From NCBI GenBank assembly GCA_001687465.1, contig LVLI01000044.1, forward strand, positions 1 through 32,291: 32,291 bases of DNA, read 5' to 3'. How positions within the stretch are numbered: position 1 is the first letter of the stretch; every line of letters begins with the position of its first letter. Shown in pieces: positions 10,163 to 23,871 of this stretch. A program made the position numbers and the translations under genes. The DNA is from Halocafeteria seosinensis (taxonomy: Eukaryota). The notes beneath the pieces are model-generated. The model was not told where the DNA came from and did not search any database. It saw only the letters and a list, made by a program, of their open reading frames with translations.

Positions 10163-13100
10163 CTACATCTTTGTTTCACTAGCTTCTTGTTCATGGTCTC
10201 CCTCAAGCAGGTTTTTCGTAGAAGACGCGTCAGATTCAGAATCGTCGGTAGCAACTACTCGTGTGTTGCTTGTATGTCGGGCGTCAGTGGAAAGAGGATT
10301 CTGCACCAAACTAGGCTCTTCTACCTTCGATGACCCCGCTTCGGGAGTGGAGGCGGAAACCACCTGTTGAGACGTCATTTGGGGCATACTTTCTACTGTC
10401 CTCTCCGATTTCGCTTCAGGAGCGTTGTCCTCCGGTTTTGGGTTGTCAACTTCAGCCCGAAGTTTCTCCGCTTGCTCTCTCACTTCTAGGATGTAAGATC
10501 TCACACGTTCCCATTTTTCTTTTCCAGGCGGTGCCTCCTCTGCAACAAGTTCGTTAACTGACTTTGTTGACGCTTGCTGCTTTAGCGCCATAGGATTGTA
10601 ATTCATTTCGGCCCCTTGCTTGGATTCAGTACCGACGCTGGTGTCCTCTTGCCTGCTTCTCTTCGACTCGCATAACCTTGTTATCGTTGCCACGTTGCAT
10701 GTCGCACCTAGTTCGGCGACGAACACTACGAAGAAATACAGTACACTCGCCGCAATGACAATACCAATAGCAATTGCCAAAGCATTTCGTTGTGCTTCAC
10801 CGTCACCATTATCGAAACGGCTACTCTGAAACATGATCCCACCGAGTGCCACAAAGACAGCAGATGCCAGAAGAACCGACTCCACTGTATTGTAGTTAAA
10901 CACGAAATTTGCAGATCTGGCTTGCTTTTCGCGGAGGATCTTGTCCATGTTCTCCGACTTTCCTTCCCGACGGGATTGTGCAGCTTTTTCGGCACTTTCA
11001 TACATTCGCTTAATGTTCAAATGCTTCGTACTCCCTTTGTTAACTTTGTTGTTATGATGTAGAAGCACTTCTTTCCGCCCCGCCATACTCATGTAAGGTT
11101 GGTAGTGAATATGCAGCGCAAACGCCAGGAACAGAACTACAAGGGCAACTGCTAACTGGAAGGAAGGAGTGCGTCGAAACATCAACGAAGTGATTGCGAC
11201 ACCAAACTTCCTCGATATGATCAGAAGAATCCAGTACCACTTTCCAGGCTTGAAGTGGTAATACATTCTATGGAATTTTCGTCGGAAAGACAAGTACGGG
11301 TTGGTCGACTTGGTTTCACCGATTCCCAAACAGCGCAGCAATTGATCCGTCTTCACGACATGCTTGTTTCGACGCAATAAGATACCGACGAAGAGCGGAT
11401 AACCGAGTGTGTACACGCATGCGAACAAGATTGCAAATGGAAACAACCGCAAATGCACTCCCCCTTCCTTAAAGCACGGGGCAACCGTGGCTTGCATATA
11501 TCCAGGACCCCAATCATCCGGGGGATCTGTCGGATTGCAATTGAATACCTCGAAAATCGTTCGCGTGAGGTACAAGTAGAGGAAGTAGAACATCAAGAAA
11601 AATACCCCAATAAGGATTGAAGCATGCTGGTTTCGTTGACTTGACCCCCACCGCAGAATCCAACGATGATACACGTAAAGACAGATGTGGATCAACAACA
11701 GAAGAGTTCCTACTGCCACGGGTAACAGCATCGTTGCAAACCACCTCACTTCATAAGATACGGTGGGCATCGCACATTCGGGAGCAGTCACCTCAATATT
11801 CAGATTAAAAATGTTCATAATCCAAAATAGTTCCCGAAGGAAACTCGGCCAGGCAACACGAGAGTTGGCAAACATAGCCAAAACTTGAAAGTAATCCACC
11901 CCGATTGTAACAAACGAAATATTAAACTTGTACTTATGAACGATGTATCCGCCAACAGCCACTCCAATTACCAGGAGAACGAAGAGAACCACAAAAACCC
12001 ATGCGTTGGAAGGACAAGGAACGCATAAACCACCTCGGCGATAATACTTGCCAGCAACACACTCACTACATCTCTCGCCAGTATACCCAGTCGTGCAGGT
12101 ATTGTTCGTGTCGCAGGCCTCCTTTGGTTGACATGCGATGAAATGAGGGCAGCGGTCTTGCACAATAGATGGCCGCTTACGTCTCTCTTCCGGGCAATGC
12201 TTCGAGTCTCCAGGGGTAACAGGTTGTTTCCACCATCCGGAGGCAGCAAATGGTTCCTCATATTCGACACAAGTGCCGTCCGTTTCGTTCACTCTGATAC
12301 AGCCTTTGAATCCTCCACGGCAAATTCCACCTGGGGGACACGCCATGCATCGCTCGCCTACCTGGCCATAGAACTCCGGGAAGCATCTCATTTCCACAAG
12401 CCAGTCGTCTTCTTCTTGTAACTCCTCAATCGTACGACCACCTTCAGCAGACCGCAAACCGCGTCCCGGGGACAAAGTTGGATCGTCAAGGACAGGTTCA
12501 ATTTCGTATCCATTCGCCGGGAAAGTAAGGTTGGAATAACCAGCCACAGACAGTTTCAGAATCTTAGGCCCAACGATATCCCGTTGGATGGCACAGTCAA
12601 TCCGACGGTCGCTAATAAGTTCTGGGCTTTTACAGGGCGTACCTCCTATCCAAAGTTGCGGCGGATTTTCAGCACTTCCGAAGCTTGGAGCACCGAAGTC
12701 TTCTCCCGCCAGGAATGCGTCATCATGACCTTCGGCATCGGGGCGATCAGGAATCATCCCTTCTGCGAGCGGTGCGTTGTACGAGAACTGTTTCGGGGTA
12801 CCCTCAATCCCATCTACCTGTGGTTCCAGGTCGATGTTCCTTCCAAAACCACTGATAATCTTGCAGAAAAAGCTGGTGTGCGTGTACGCACTCTCGGGTT
12901 GCGGCGGTCTCTCACCATTTTCATCACGCTGTAACCATTCATCAAAAACACTATCGAAATTGCCAAGAACAGAGCCGCAGCGTCGTCGTTCACCTCCAGG
13001 AAGGCGAACATTAACGATTAATCCATTATCAACTTCTTTCGTCCCTAATGACCGAACGATACCGTCGTTTGTGTTGTCTTTGTTTCTGATAGGGGGTAGA

Positions 13101-16100
13101 ACATTCGATTGCTCCTCAAATGATGGAATACTCTCAATGCGCCCAAAGTTATTTCCTTCCAGTTTCACCAGGTATCCTTCGGTAGGTCCAGTTTCTGGGA
13201 GCACTCGGAAAACAGTTGGAGCCGTGTATGACACTTCGAGCGCTTCATCCACAGAGCTGCTTTGTCCCGCGACGTGGACACGTACTTTTCGAAGGCCACC
13301 CTGTCCTTCCGGGGTGACAATCTCTATGACGGAATGATTAAATTGGGTGATCTCGCCCCCATGTACAAACAAGTCGCCTTCGCGGAATGGGTTCGGTAGC
13401 GTGTATCGGACGTCCTTGTCCGGTCGAGTTGGTTCAAGCGTTACCAGTAGATGGGGAGAACGAGCCTTATTCTGAGGTGCGAAATCAACCCCATCGACTC
13501 CCTCGTTCCCAAAATTGGCACCATATATGGAAACAGACTCTCCTCCCGTTGTACTCCAATCCTTCAACGAGATACTGTGGATTTCCGGATGAGAGTAGCT
13601 GTACCGAACATCGCAACTACTTGGATCACAGTTGGCTTGGTCGTCAACCGTCACAATTACGGGATGATTTACTCCTGCATACTCAGGAGCAATGCAGCTT
13701 ATTTCATCATGCTTTTGCTCAATCACCACGTCGCGGCATTGTCGACGTCCGATGCGAACATTGATTCGATCTTGGAATGACCCGAAATTGGATCCTCGGA
13801 TCGTAACGCGATTCCCACCATTGGTCGGACCACGTGGTGGATCGATATGATCTACCACGGGAGGCTCATAATCAATTCCTAGGTAGTGCGTCAACTGTTG
13901 CCCATCTACATCCATTACAAATTGGTGACCTCTCCCTGTATTTCCTGGTAGATTCAGCGTAGAATACGTGTGATCGAAATCTGTTGAGTCGAATACATGT
14001 GCGTCTGTGGGAACGAACTCGCGACGTGTTCCATCAGCCTTCATTTCAAGGAATGCGTGATCTTCTCCAAAAGGAGTTGTTCCAAAGTTATCACCTTCTA
14101 ACATGACTTCGCCACCTGTTGTAGGCACTACTATGCGTTTATCGAATTTTGGACGGGGACTGTGCTGGCGGAAATTATTCCCGCGGCCGAAAAACTCTGC
14201 AGGTGCAGCGAACAATTCGGAAACATTCCTCCAAGTCGCTACTTTGTTTCCTTGAGAGTCGACCTTAGCGAACACATCTCGAACCACAGGTGGAGCGTAG
14301 TTCAGAACACAGCTGTCGCTATCAGTTTCCATACCAAGGCGTTCGATCACAATCTGATTGCCGGTCCCTTCACCTGGGGGAACCTCGCATTCTACCTGAC
14401 ATTGCAAGGTAATATTGTTCTCGCCGACCGGTACACAATTGAAGGCACCAGTGTTGTTCCTGCATTCTTTCTCTCCCACCGTTATGCGCAAATCAGCCCC
14501 TTGAATGTCGCGAGCTTCCAAGGTTAAAATTTCTGGTTCGGCCGCTTCGTAACCAGCAGTTCTAAACAGGCGATGTCGATTCTCCTCACATTGGCCAGTG
14601 CTAAATGATGGAAATTCTGGAAGGTAACGTTTACTTGAGGTCTGCCGTTCTGATACGCTAGCACGCACAAACCCTTGACTAAGTGGGATCTCTGCCACCA
14701 CACCATCATGATTCCATGACTTTATGGCGGGTCTCGTGATCCGAAGCCAAGTAGCATTGGTCTCCCATCCAAAAATACCTAGGTCTTCCATCTCTGCGGC
14801 TGCTAACTCAATATTCCTGGTTGCTATATCCTCAGATTTAAGGTTTAGTTCAAGACATCCACATTCCGGGAATGGACCAACTGTAGAGTAGCCGGACGCT
14901 CCTGGACACGAGTCCACATCCAGTGCCACCGTTGCCGGATGACACAGAGAGCTACCGCGTATACTCAATTCCATCATCCGAAGGCGGCCATCCAGTATTT
15001 TAGTCTCCATTGCTCTAATACCATTAATAACAGGAGGGTCGTAAGACAGTCTCACTGTATCAGAGTAATGATCGCCCGTTTCGGTATGAGTAATGATTTG
15101 CAAAGGAATATCCTGACCGTAACCCGCGGGCACTGTGAATACGAAGACTTCCAGTGACCCTTTGAGTTCTGTGGTACCGTTACGACCAGGGACGATTGCC
15201 CTCGTTTGGCGGTTGGGATCATTAAAAAAAGCCATGTCCACGGGAAAAATCTCTTCTCCAAAGATAACTTCGTGAGACGCATGAGGATCATCTAAACCAA
15301 GGTTCCGACCAACCACGCGAATTTGAGCACCACCCGCTGTACTCGTTCGAGCCGATTTTGGATTGGAGCAGTCAGTGGGGATGTGAGATGGTTGTGTGCC
15401 GTCTGGTAGAGGAGTGGGACGAGGTGTATGTTTCTCCATGCACTCTAGTGTGCCGGCCTGGTATCCCCACGAAGGAGATGCCTCACTCACCTGGCCAGCT
15501 ACACTAAGACGCCAGAACAAAGGATTTCCGCTGCCCGGAGGGACAGTACATTGAATTTGAGAATGATTTAATACGCGACAATCTCTTGCCTCATATTGAG
15601 TTGGTACACCAGCCATATCCGGGCCGAAACGTACCCACTCCAAGTTGGCTATCCCAGTTTCTTGGGGGCCAAAGTTACTGCCAATAATGAGTATCTCTTG
15701 CCCACCATCCGTAAGTGCATCAACAGCCCCTGGACCACCGAAGTTAGTGATCGAAGGACGAGCGTACCGTGTAACTGGAGGAATAGAAGATTGTCCGTCC
15801 ACCGTAATGTTCCAAATCATGTCGGAGCCAGCGCCCGGCGGCAACGCGCATTCAAGTAAAATATGGGGAGTCTTCACCTTACAGTCGGCTTCAAAGATAG
15901 GGGAGATCGTATCCAGAGCTGTATCCTTTACATCGTTATCCGCATTCAAAGCATCCGACCGAACGAAAGTTGCCTGGTCAACATTACCAGGTGGACCGAA
16001 CATCGAACCATGCACCAATACTTCGTCTCCTTCAGTGTCCAAATGATTAGCGCCTGCAGGACCACCTTCCACTGCTTCATAGAATGAAACTATTGGAGGC

Positions 16101-19100
16101 GAATAACTCGTATTGAATACTAGTGGCATGGGATGTCCTACGTGAGGTTGCCCGCCAACCCACACATTCCACTGAAGGTCTTTTCCGGTCCCTTCCACCG
16201 TTTCACAGCGAATAGATTCGTGGGGCACAGACACCTTACACTTCGCCGCCGTATATCGACTGGAGTCATCCAGAGGGCCGTAGGTCACTTTCAATAGCTT
16301 ATCACCATACATATCGGAAATATCGTCAGAGAACATTGCGGATGATGGACCCATATTGATGCCGTTCAGGGTTATTCGTTCTCCTCCACGAGTATCGGCC
16401 TGTAACGTGCCTTCACCCTCAATGTTAGGAACAAGAGGAAACGCGTAATGGGTCGTGATATCCTGTGACACTTTCAGGTCGCTGATTGTATTGCCCGTGT
16501 GCACGCGCCATAGCAAGCGATTGCCCACGCCCTGCCTTGTCACGCATTCGAGAATAGTGTGAACAGCGATAAACGTGCAGTGTTCCGCTTCATACACGTC
16601 ACCTTCGGAAATCATCTGTAACGATGTTGTATTGATGAGGCTTTCGCCATCTATGCGTTCACCAGGACCAGGGACTCCAAAGTCGTTACCGGTGAGACCA
16701 TCCGTTGATATAACGGGACCGTAGTACACCGCGATTTCTGCAATGTTTTCTCCGAAATTGTCTCCCACTATACGAACCGTCTCTCCTCCCTTCGTCGACA
16801 TTATGGTACCATTCAAGTATATCGAAGAATATTCAGGACGACATATTTCATGAGAAGTCGCGGACACAGAATGGACAATAGGCGGGCCATGCGCTGAGTC
16901 TGCTCTTAAAATGTTGCTAGTCCTTCCTTCAGCAATTACAAGTTTCCAAGCAATACGGTTCCCAATGCCGGGAGAGGTGGTACAATGAACCTTAGTATGA
17001 GGAGATTCATTACTCACATCGCATACTGCCGCTTCAAACTGGAAGGAAACCGAGCCATCGTTGCGACGAGGGCCGTACAAAACAGTCACATCGGTACCAG
17101 CCGGGCCAAAATCAGTTCCTATTAATGTGATGTTTGTCCCTCCAGACGTTAACATGGCCGCATCATTCAGAATTTGGACTAACTCGGGTCTTCGGTACGT
17201 ACTGCGAAGGTTACTCAAATGGGTACTCACCCGATTGCCACCGTACTTGGCCCCGTTATCCTTATAGTCAATCCGAGTTTCCCATACAATATCTTCGCCA
17301 ATGCCTTCCACCGAGCTGCACTGGATTTGGATGTTTCCCAAACTCTGGTGGCAGTCATTCAGCCTGTACTCCGTGCGTTGGATCGTTTCCTTAGACGAAA
17401 CCATGCGTTCTTTCCCTGCCGCCCGTGAGCTCTTGGGCACGTCTACGATTGTCCCGCTACCGCTCCCATTTGGCCCGTACCCAAGCACCACTATCTCCTC
17501 AGAGCCATGGAGTGGATGACTGTCGGCATATCCAAGGTCACGGCCATCGAGCAACAGGACGTTTTCGCCTTCCGAGTCCATGTATCCGTCAGATGAATCG
17601 GATATGTTAACACTATAAATCTTCGAATCTGGTTCATTCAGAGCGAAGATCCAGACGTGAACTACATCACTCAGGTTATGATGGTTCAGAAAGTCATGAT
17701 CCGATACTTCGACAGTTAAATTGTAGGAACTTTGCTTCTCGAAGTCGAGCGATTCCGTTATTCGGATATCTCCGGTTGCCTTCTCAATATAAAATGCGTT
17801 ACCATCATTTCCGCCGACGATTGCCCACCGTTTTATACCCCAGCCATACGAATCCGGAGAATCTTCGTCAGATGCAGGCGCGTACCACAAGCTCATTCTT
17901 CCCCTTCGACTCTGAAACTGACACAGCAAAATCCGGATTCGGCTCAGGAGAAAACACAATCGGCGGATCGTTAACGTCATCCAATTGGATTGTAAATACA
18001 CGGCTGTGCGTCAGTACGGTCACATCACCAGTTGTAGGATGAGGAGGAAGGCCATTATCCGAAACTTGGATCTCAACCTCGAACTTTCCGACCGTCTCGA
18101 AGTTAAGGGAGCACGTAGGGTCTTGGAGATCATCTCGAACGAAAACTTCGCCACTAGTGGCGTTGATAGCAAAGGGGAATTCACCATCACAATCAAGTTC
18201 CGACGGTTGAGGTGTGTAGTCGAGAATATGGAATTTGAACTCCTCACCGGCAACTGCCATGTCTGGATCGTCGACGCGAACACTTGTGACGAATGTCCCT
18301 GGAGCAGAGTTTTCGGGAATGTGTTTTGGAGTGTCCGCATTGGTGATCTCGGGAGATTCATTCACATCTTGAACAATGACAGTAGTGGTGTTTATTGTCC
18401 TCAAATTTCCCGGGCCATCATTGCGTACTTCAATTCTCAGTTCGTACCTGTCCTGAGACTCAAAATCCAGTGTTTGGTCTCGTAACCGGAGCGGGGCAAC
18501 ATTGCGCTTCTTGTTTTCTTCTTCCTCATCGCGCCATTGCACTGAAAACATGCGGGTTCCCTCCGAAGGGGTGGAATCACGAATTGCGAAAGACAACGTC
18601 AACTTATCGTCATGAGTCTCTGCACCAATTGAGTCCAGAATCCGACCATTAGGCCTCAAGTCTTCCGGGACCTCTACTGTTTGAGCTAAAAGGGTAGGTG
18701 GGAAGTTGTTCCCAATGATATCAATGTGCAGTATGCCATATTCAGAGGTGAATCCTGAAGGATCAGTTACGTTGACTAGCATTTCACAGTAGTCCGCAAT
18801 ACCGTCAGAAAGGGCAGGAAGTCTAATATCACCTACGCGAATGGTGGCTTTTCCAGCCTCTTCCTCATGAGAAACAATGAAATATTGACAAGAGTTAGTC
18901 GGACGTTCGACAGAAGCAAATGCAAATGTTAGCTTGTCGGCATCCCCCTCATCGACATCGTCCCCTTGAATAAAGTCTACTCGGGTTCCTGGGAACGCTG
19001 ATTCCCCGATGCTGGTTTGATACTCAACCGTATCGTATGCTGGGAATGCGGGATGCTCATTAACGTCGTTCACTTGAACGGAGATATGTCCGACACTTGA

Positions 19101-22100
19101 CAGGCCCCCGGGGTCGGAGACTCGTATGCTTATTCTGTAGGAAGTTCGGCGCTCAAAGTCTAAAGCACTGCCTAGTCCGGTCCTTGGTTCTCCCGTGCTA
19201 ATATTGATTTGAGTTCGAATGTTTCCATTCGGTTCAATAGCAAATACGTCCTTCCCGAGAGAGCCTTCCTCCATCTCGTACAGCAGGCTAGCAGTGTCAC
19301 CAGGATCTTGGTCCCACCCAAGAATGGGACTGTTCTGGAGNAGGTGATTCCCGCCGGTATTTTCATCCACGTGGAAGACTTGACCGGCAATGAGATTCGG
19401 CGCAGTGTTGACGTTTCGAATCAACACAGTAACCACTGCTTCAGACGAACGAGGTGGACTTCCATCGTCGGACACACGAAGAATCAGTCGATATTCTTTG
19501 CGCGCCGTGTGATTAAATTCGGCACGAGAAAGTATTTGACCAGAATCTTTCTCAATGTCAAACAAGTCCGTGGCCTCCGAATCCTCGCCGGGGCTAAAGT
19601 CACTGGCCCACCCAGCAATGTTATATCTAAGAGTCGGGGGAGTAAAAGGCATCTCCTTCCCAGAAACTGCGCCGGGACCAGTGTCAGGATTCGTGGCATT
19701 CAGCTTCGGATGAACTCGGCTTCCGGAAGGTTCCCTCTCTTTTATCCAAACTTCTTGGTCATCCACGATTGGAGGCTCATTAACGTTATCCAGATCCACA
19801 GTTACTTTTGTAACATCCCGCAGAGCTGGCCATTCCTCTGGCCGTGGAGTACCTTCATCAGATACTTCCACATAAAACACATACCGCGCAATATGCTCGT
19901 AGCCCAGACAAGCTGGACCGAACTCGTTCACTACAATTCGAGCCGTCTCTTGATTTGATCCTTCAGGTTCCACCCGGAATGGGAAAGAGCCAGGATCAGA
20001 CACCGTTTCGGAACCATCGCCATATTCGATGGTTGAATCGCGAATAGTCCAAGAGAATATCGTGCCTACATTTTCATCAGTCGCTGAGACCGTTCCTACC
20101 GTCGTATCTTCCTCTGACATCTCCTTTATTCGGAACATCTTCGACCTGGACTCCGTCTCGGGAAACAAATTGGCCTTCAGTATGTCAACAACAAAATCAC
20201 CCGTATCACTCAGCTTGGAGTCAGTTATTTTAATTGTCAGCGAAAGTTGATGGTCCGATATACTCTCATATGCGATACGGGGAGCGTTGGGCGCAACAGA
20301 TATTGCCCCAGAAAACTGATCGATCTGTAGAAATTTATTAGAATCTTGAGATACAATAGAGTACATGACCTTGTCCGGTGAGTTTGACTCCGCTAGAGCA
20401 TCTGGATCAGCTGCTTCTACAAGTGTGTCGTAGCCACTCCCTAAAACTAAGGGAGTTCCAACAGTGGAGTTTTCAAAAATTGCAAACTTATGTTTTGCAG
20501 GCTCCTTCGTGAAATAGGGAGCCTCGTTTACATCGTTCACATGAATTGTAACAGTTCCAGTGACTTGCTTAGCGGGTTCACCTCGGTCATCCGCAAGTAT
20601 CTCAGCTTCATACATGCGAGTGCGGTTTTCGAAATCAAGGAGACCCGCTCCATCCCGGGAGACGCTTAGTTGGCCTGAGCATGAACCAATGCTAAAGAGG
20701 CTCGAATCCTCCGAGACATCAACAGACAAGATAGAGAAGAGAAGTTCCTGGCCAAACGAGCGAGCAAGCTCGTCCTCATCGAATACTACCAACTCATGAA
20801 GGGGGTTTCCAATCAGAGTAGCCCTTTCGGAGTGTTCGTCCACACTAACAATTGTCAGATCTCCGGACGAGAATGAACTCCGCCACACGGGCTTCTCGTT
20901 TATATTAACAATATTCACTTTGATCGTACAGGTAGCAGAAAATCCATCGGCCTTGGCCTTTACCCGCAATGAATACTGCCGGCATGCTTCGTAGTTAGCG
21001 AACGCGTTGTCCCCAAACCTAATATGGAAGTCATCCCCTTTATCCTCGCCAATGAAGAGCTCCTGTGTGTCAGGGACATGAAACGTATACCACTCCGGAA
21101 TCCCTTCAGTATTGATGCAATGTTCAGCGCTGGAAATATCATCGATGCTGTACTCAACAGGTTTCTCCGATTGACGATTCTTTGCACGCACGTGTACGAT
21201 CGACCCTCCACGGTTGTTTTCTTGGGCTTCAGCGAGAGTACCACCGTCGACTGTGCTTCCCGACGTGGCACAGCCACGTTCCCATTGAATCCGTGGATAT
21301 CTGAATCCATCAATACAGACTTCATTGCTACTACAAGCCCGTTGCCCTTCTCTTTGGGTCTCGGGAGCACCCTCGGGAATCGTGTAATGCCCTCCATCTA
21401 CCTGTTTAATTGAGTTGGTTCCCTTTGGGCAGTAGTACGTGGCCGGGTCTTGCGCCCCTGAAGGAGCGCAGCTACTTGATGTGGCCGAGGAAGAGCCTTC
21501 GCCACAGAAGAATCCAGCCCGGCATCGTCCGGAGCAATCAGATGAAGTCAATCCCCGCTGATTCCCGAACCGTCCTGCCGGACATTGATAGCGTTTTCCT
21601 TCTTGACAATAGTACCCTGCTTCGCACTCCAATTCTTTGGTGCGAGTTTTTTCGCTTGAGCCTCCCACGGTGTAGTATCCATTCGAGACGTGCACAGGAC
21701 TGTCGCTACTTTCGGGGCAGTAGTACTTGGCAGATCCGCACTTTTTCTCCGTTGGACTTGTACTAGCCGGGGGACAATAGTATCCTGCAGCGCACTTGCC
21801 TGCACATGTAGACGAGGTAGATCCCTCCGTGCCATAATACCCTGCTTGGCAACTTTGGCTCGAAGATTGGGGCTTGCGGTTGCCTCCACTACAATAATAC
21901 CCGGCATTGCAGAAGCCTGAGCAGGAGCTGTCACCAAGACCTCGTCGAGCCCCGTAAGTCCCAGGTGGGCATTCTTTCTCGTCAACTCTCGTCGACCCAG
22001 GAGGACAATAATGTCCTTCCAGACAGGAGCCGGAGCATTCAGCGGTGAATAGTCCGGGAGCATCGCCGTAACGGCCTGGGGGGCACTTGACACATTCCGC

Positions 22101-23871
22101 ATCATCTCCGGTTCCTGCTTGGTACGTGCCCGGCATGCATATGTCACATTCACCATTCACTTCGGTTGACCCAATAGGGCACGAGTCATAATATGAAAAC
22201 GCATTCGTCATTTCTCTCCATAGTCCACAGTTCGCGAGGTTAGAAACCTCGATTTCGACATTATTGGTCCCAGGGTCAGAGTTCTTGGTCAAAGTGGCCT
22301 TCTCCGGTACGACGCAAATGACATGGCTACTGGTAACATAAATTGCTCTTCGGTTGACCCACTCAGAACCACCTTGGCCTCGTAAACGGAATCTACAGGC
22401 AAGGGCTGCACTCAGCTTAAAGTTGCTGCCAAATACATTCATCGTTGTTTGTGCGTCCTTCTGTCCCTGTTGAGGAGACACACTGTTCACATTGGGCAGT
22501 TCTTCGGAATCTGGTACAAACAGTTCTACAGTTTCCGGGGATGAAGTACCCTCGTTATCTTGAGCAGTTATGCTCATTTGGTGAACACCATCTTGATTGG
22601 CCGTAGACTCCCAGCTAAACTCATACTGAACAGGATTGCTGCCAGAAGATACCTGTGTAAACGTTGAACCACTGGGTCTACCAGCAGTCTGGAGCTTTAC
22701 ACTATGACACGGCTCTTCGTTGTCTTCAGCGGTGACTAAAAAACTCTCCCTCGTCCCGGGAAGAAAACACTGAGGTAAGGTATCATCAATCCATGGGGAC
22801 GGGGATTTAAATGTTGGCGGGTGATTACCCACACAGGAGCAGCCACTGCCACAGTCGTGATCGTTGAAGCATGCTTTGCCACAATCATTGCAGTTACTTC
22901 CTCCACTGCAAATGTCAGCCCGTGGTACTATTCGCAAGATGAAGTCGATACCAACTTTGGAGTAACCATCTGATACAATGACATTTGTATACCACAGTTC
23001 TTGGTCATTCCCTCCAAGAGATGGGGGATTCCAAGTCATTTTCCCGCTTCCTTCGTCAATGGAAATTCCAGGAGGATGGTGCCCGGTGCCGGTTTCTACC
23101 ATTTCGTCGCTCTCAGCAAGTCGAAATGTTAAGGGATCCATATCATCATCGCTAGCATCGACAAAAAAATTATTTTCCTCTCCCTCGGTAACGGCAATGA
23201 TGGGCATCATAGAGGAGGCCGGAGGGCGGTTTACCATATTGATGTCGCTGCGGTGAGAAAGGTCAATATCGGCAATCAGACGCCAAGAGGATGACCCACT
23301 ATTTTGGATAGCCCCGATGCGACAGCACGACTCGAAACGCCATCGATAGGGATCCCCGTTGTTGGTTTTGGCAGGATAGCGGTGCTTTGTCTGAGCTTCC
23401 CCGTCAAACCAGTCTTCATCTTCGTCGATGGAGTTGATGTTCAAGGGCGGCATTCGCTCTCTGTCTCCATCGCCATAGTAGAAGCAGCAGTAGTCTCCAT
23501 CTTTTTCACCTATTTTGGGCCGATGGAAAAACGACCACCGCCTGCATCCACAACACGCAAAGGAAAGCCATTTATAACAAGGTACTCTGATGTGCCAGCA
23601 GCGGGACTCACGAATCAACTTACCAGCCAATGCTAAACGTAAACCGCACGGTATTAGGGTGGTGGTCATTCGGCTGGTATCTCCACGTGACAACCCCATA
23701 GCGATAGTGCGACGCCTTCACTGCGTCCAATAGAAAGCTCAAGCCTACTATCGTAGACGCCATAAATGGCAAAGAACGACTCTTTCTCTTCCTCCTGCCG
23801 TGAGCCCGCTGCCGCTGGGCAATGCCAGCTGTCTCACCATAGAAAGAAGCACCCATTGCTCTGCTTTTCAT
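10163..23871 (-). CDS. Giant cadherin / IPT-TIG / Cys-rich cell-surface protein with nine TM helices (nonagonal-cadherin-like), ~4,500 aa
   Basis: Joined from exon 1 (start ATG at 23871, 23856 or 23763, to 23624; signal-like MASTIVGLSFLLDAVKA-SHYRYG), intron 23623..23542, ORF 17868..23699 and ORF 10163..18001, with a frameshift at ~17880. It has cadherin motifs (LDFE, DxD, DVNExP), CPxGxYC repeats, G.NFG IPT/TIG repeats and nine hydrophobic helices near the C-terminus. The start codon is uncertain and small in-frame introns cannot be excluded. Confidence 0.85.
10715..12005 (-). other. Nine-pass transmembrane region of the giant gene
   Basis: Hydrophobic segments begin AWVFVVLF, ISFVTIGVDYFQ, WFATMLLP, ILIGVFFL, LFPFAILF, WYWILLII, FQLAVALV, VESVLLAS and ALAIAIGI. 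Counted by eye. Confidence 0.7.
17630..21250 (-). repeat. About 10 tandem cadherin repeats within the giant gene
   Basis: Repeat-end linkers NINEKP, DVNEAP, KANLFP, NVNEPP, NVNTAP, DVNEHP, GNNFPP, DVNESP, DVNDPP and ALNEPD, plus LDFE/LNFE and DxD calcium-binding motifs. Coordinates approximate. Confidence 0.85.
21310..22190 (-). repeat. Cys-rich CPxGxYC (ephrin-receptor-like / GCC2_GCC3-type) repeat tract within the giant gene
   Basis: CPIGS, CMPGTY, CPPGRYG, CLEGHYC, CPPGTYG, CNAGYYC, CQAGYYG, CAAGYYC, CEAGYYC, CPAGRFG, CRAGFFC. Coordinates approximate. Confidence 0.8.
23542..23623 (-). other. 82-nt GT-AG intron (phase 2) of the giant cadherin gene
   Basis: The minus strand reads GGCTG|gtaagt ... 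ggatgcag|GCGGTGG. Splicing joins ...FTFSIGW to RWSFFHRP in frame. Confidence 0.85.

Noticed and set aside
10330..23636. Numerous plus-strand and alternative-frame ORFs (e.g. 19209..19958, 12777..13337, 21548..22156)
   Set aside because: They are shadow ORFs overlapping the giant cadherin gene and lack protein-like motifs.
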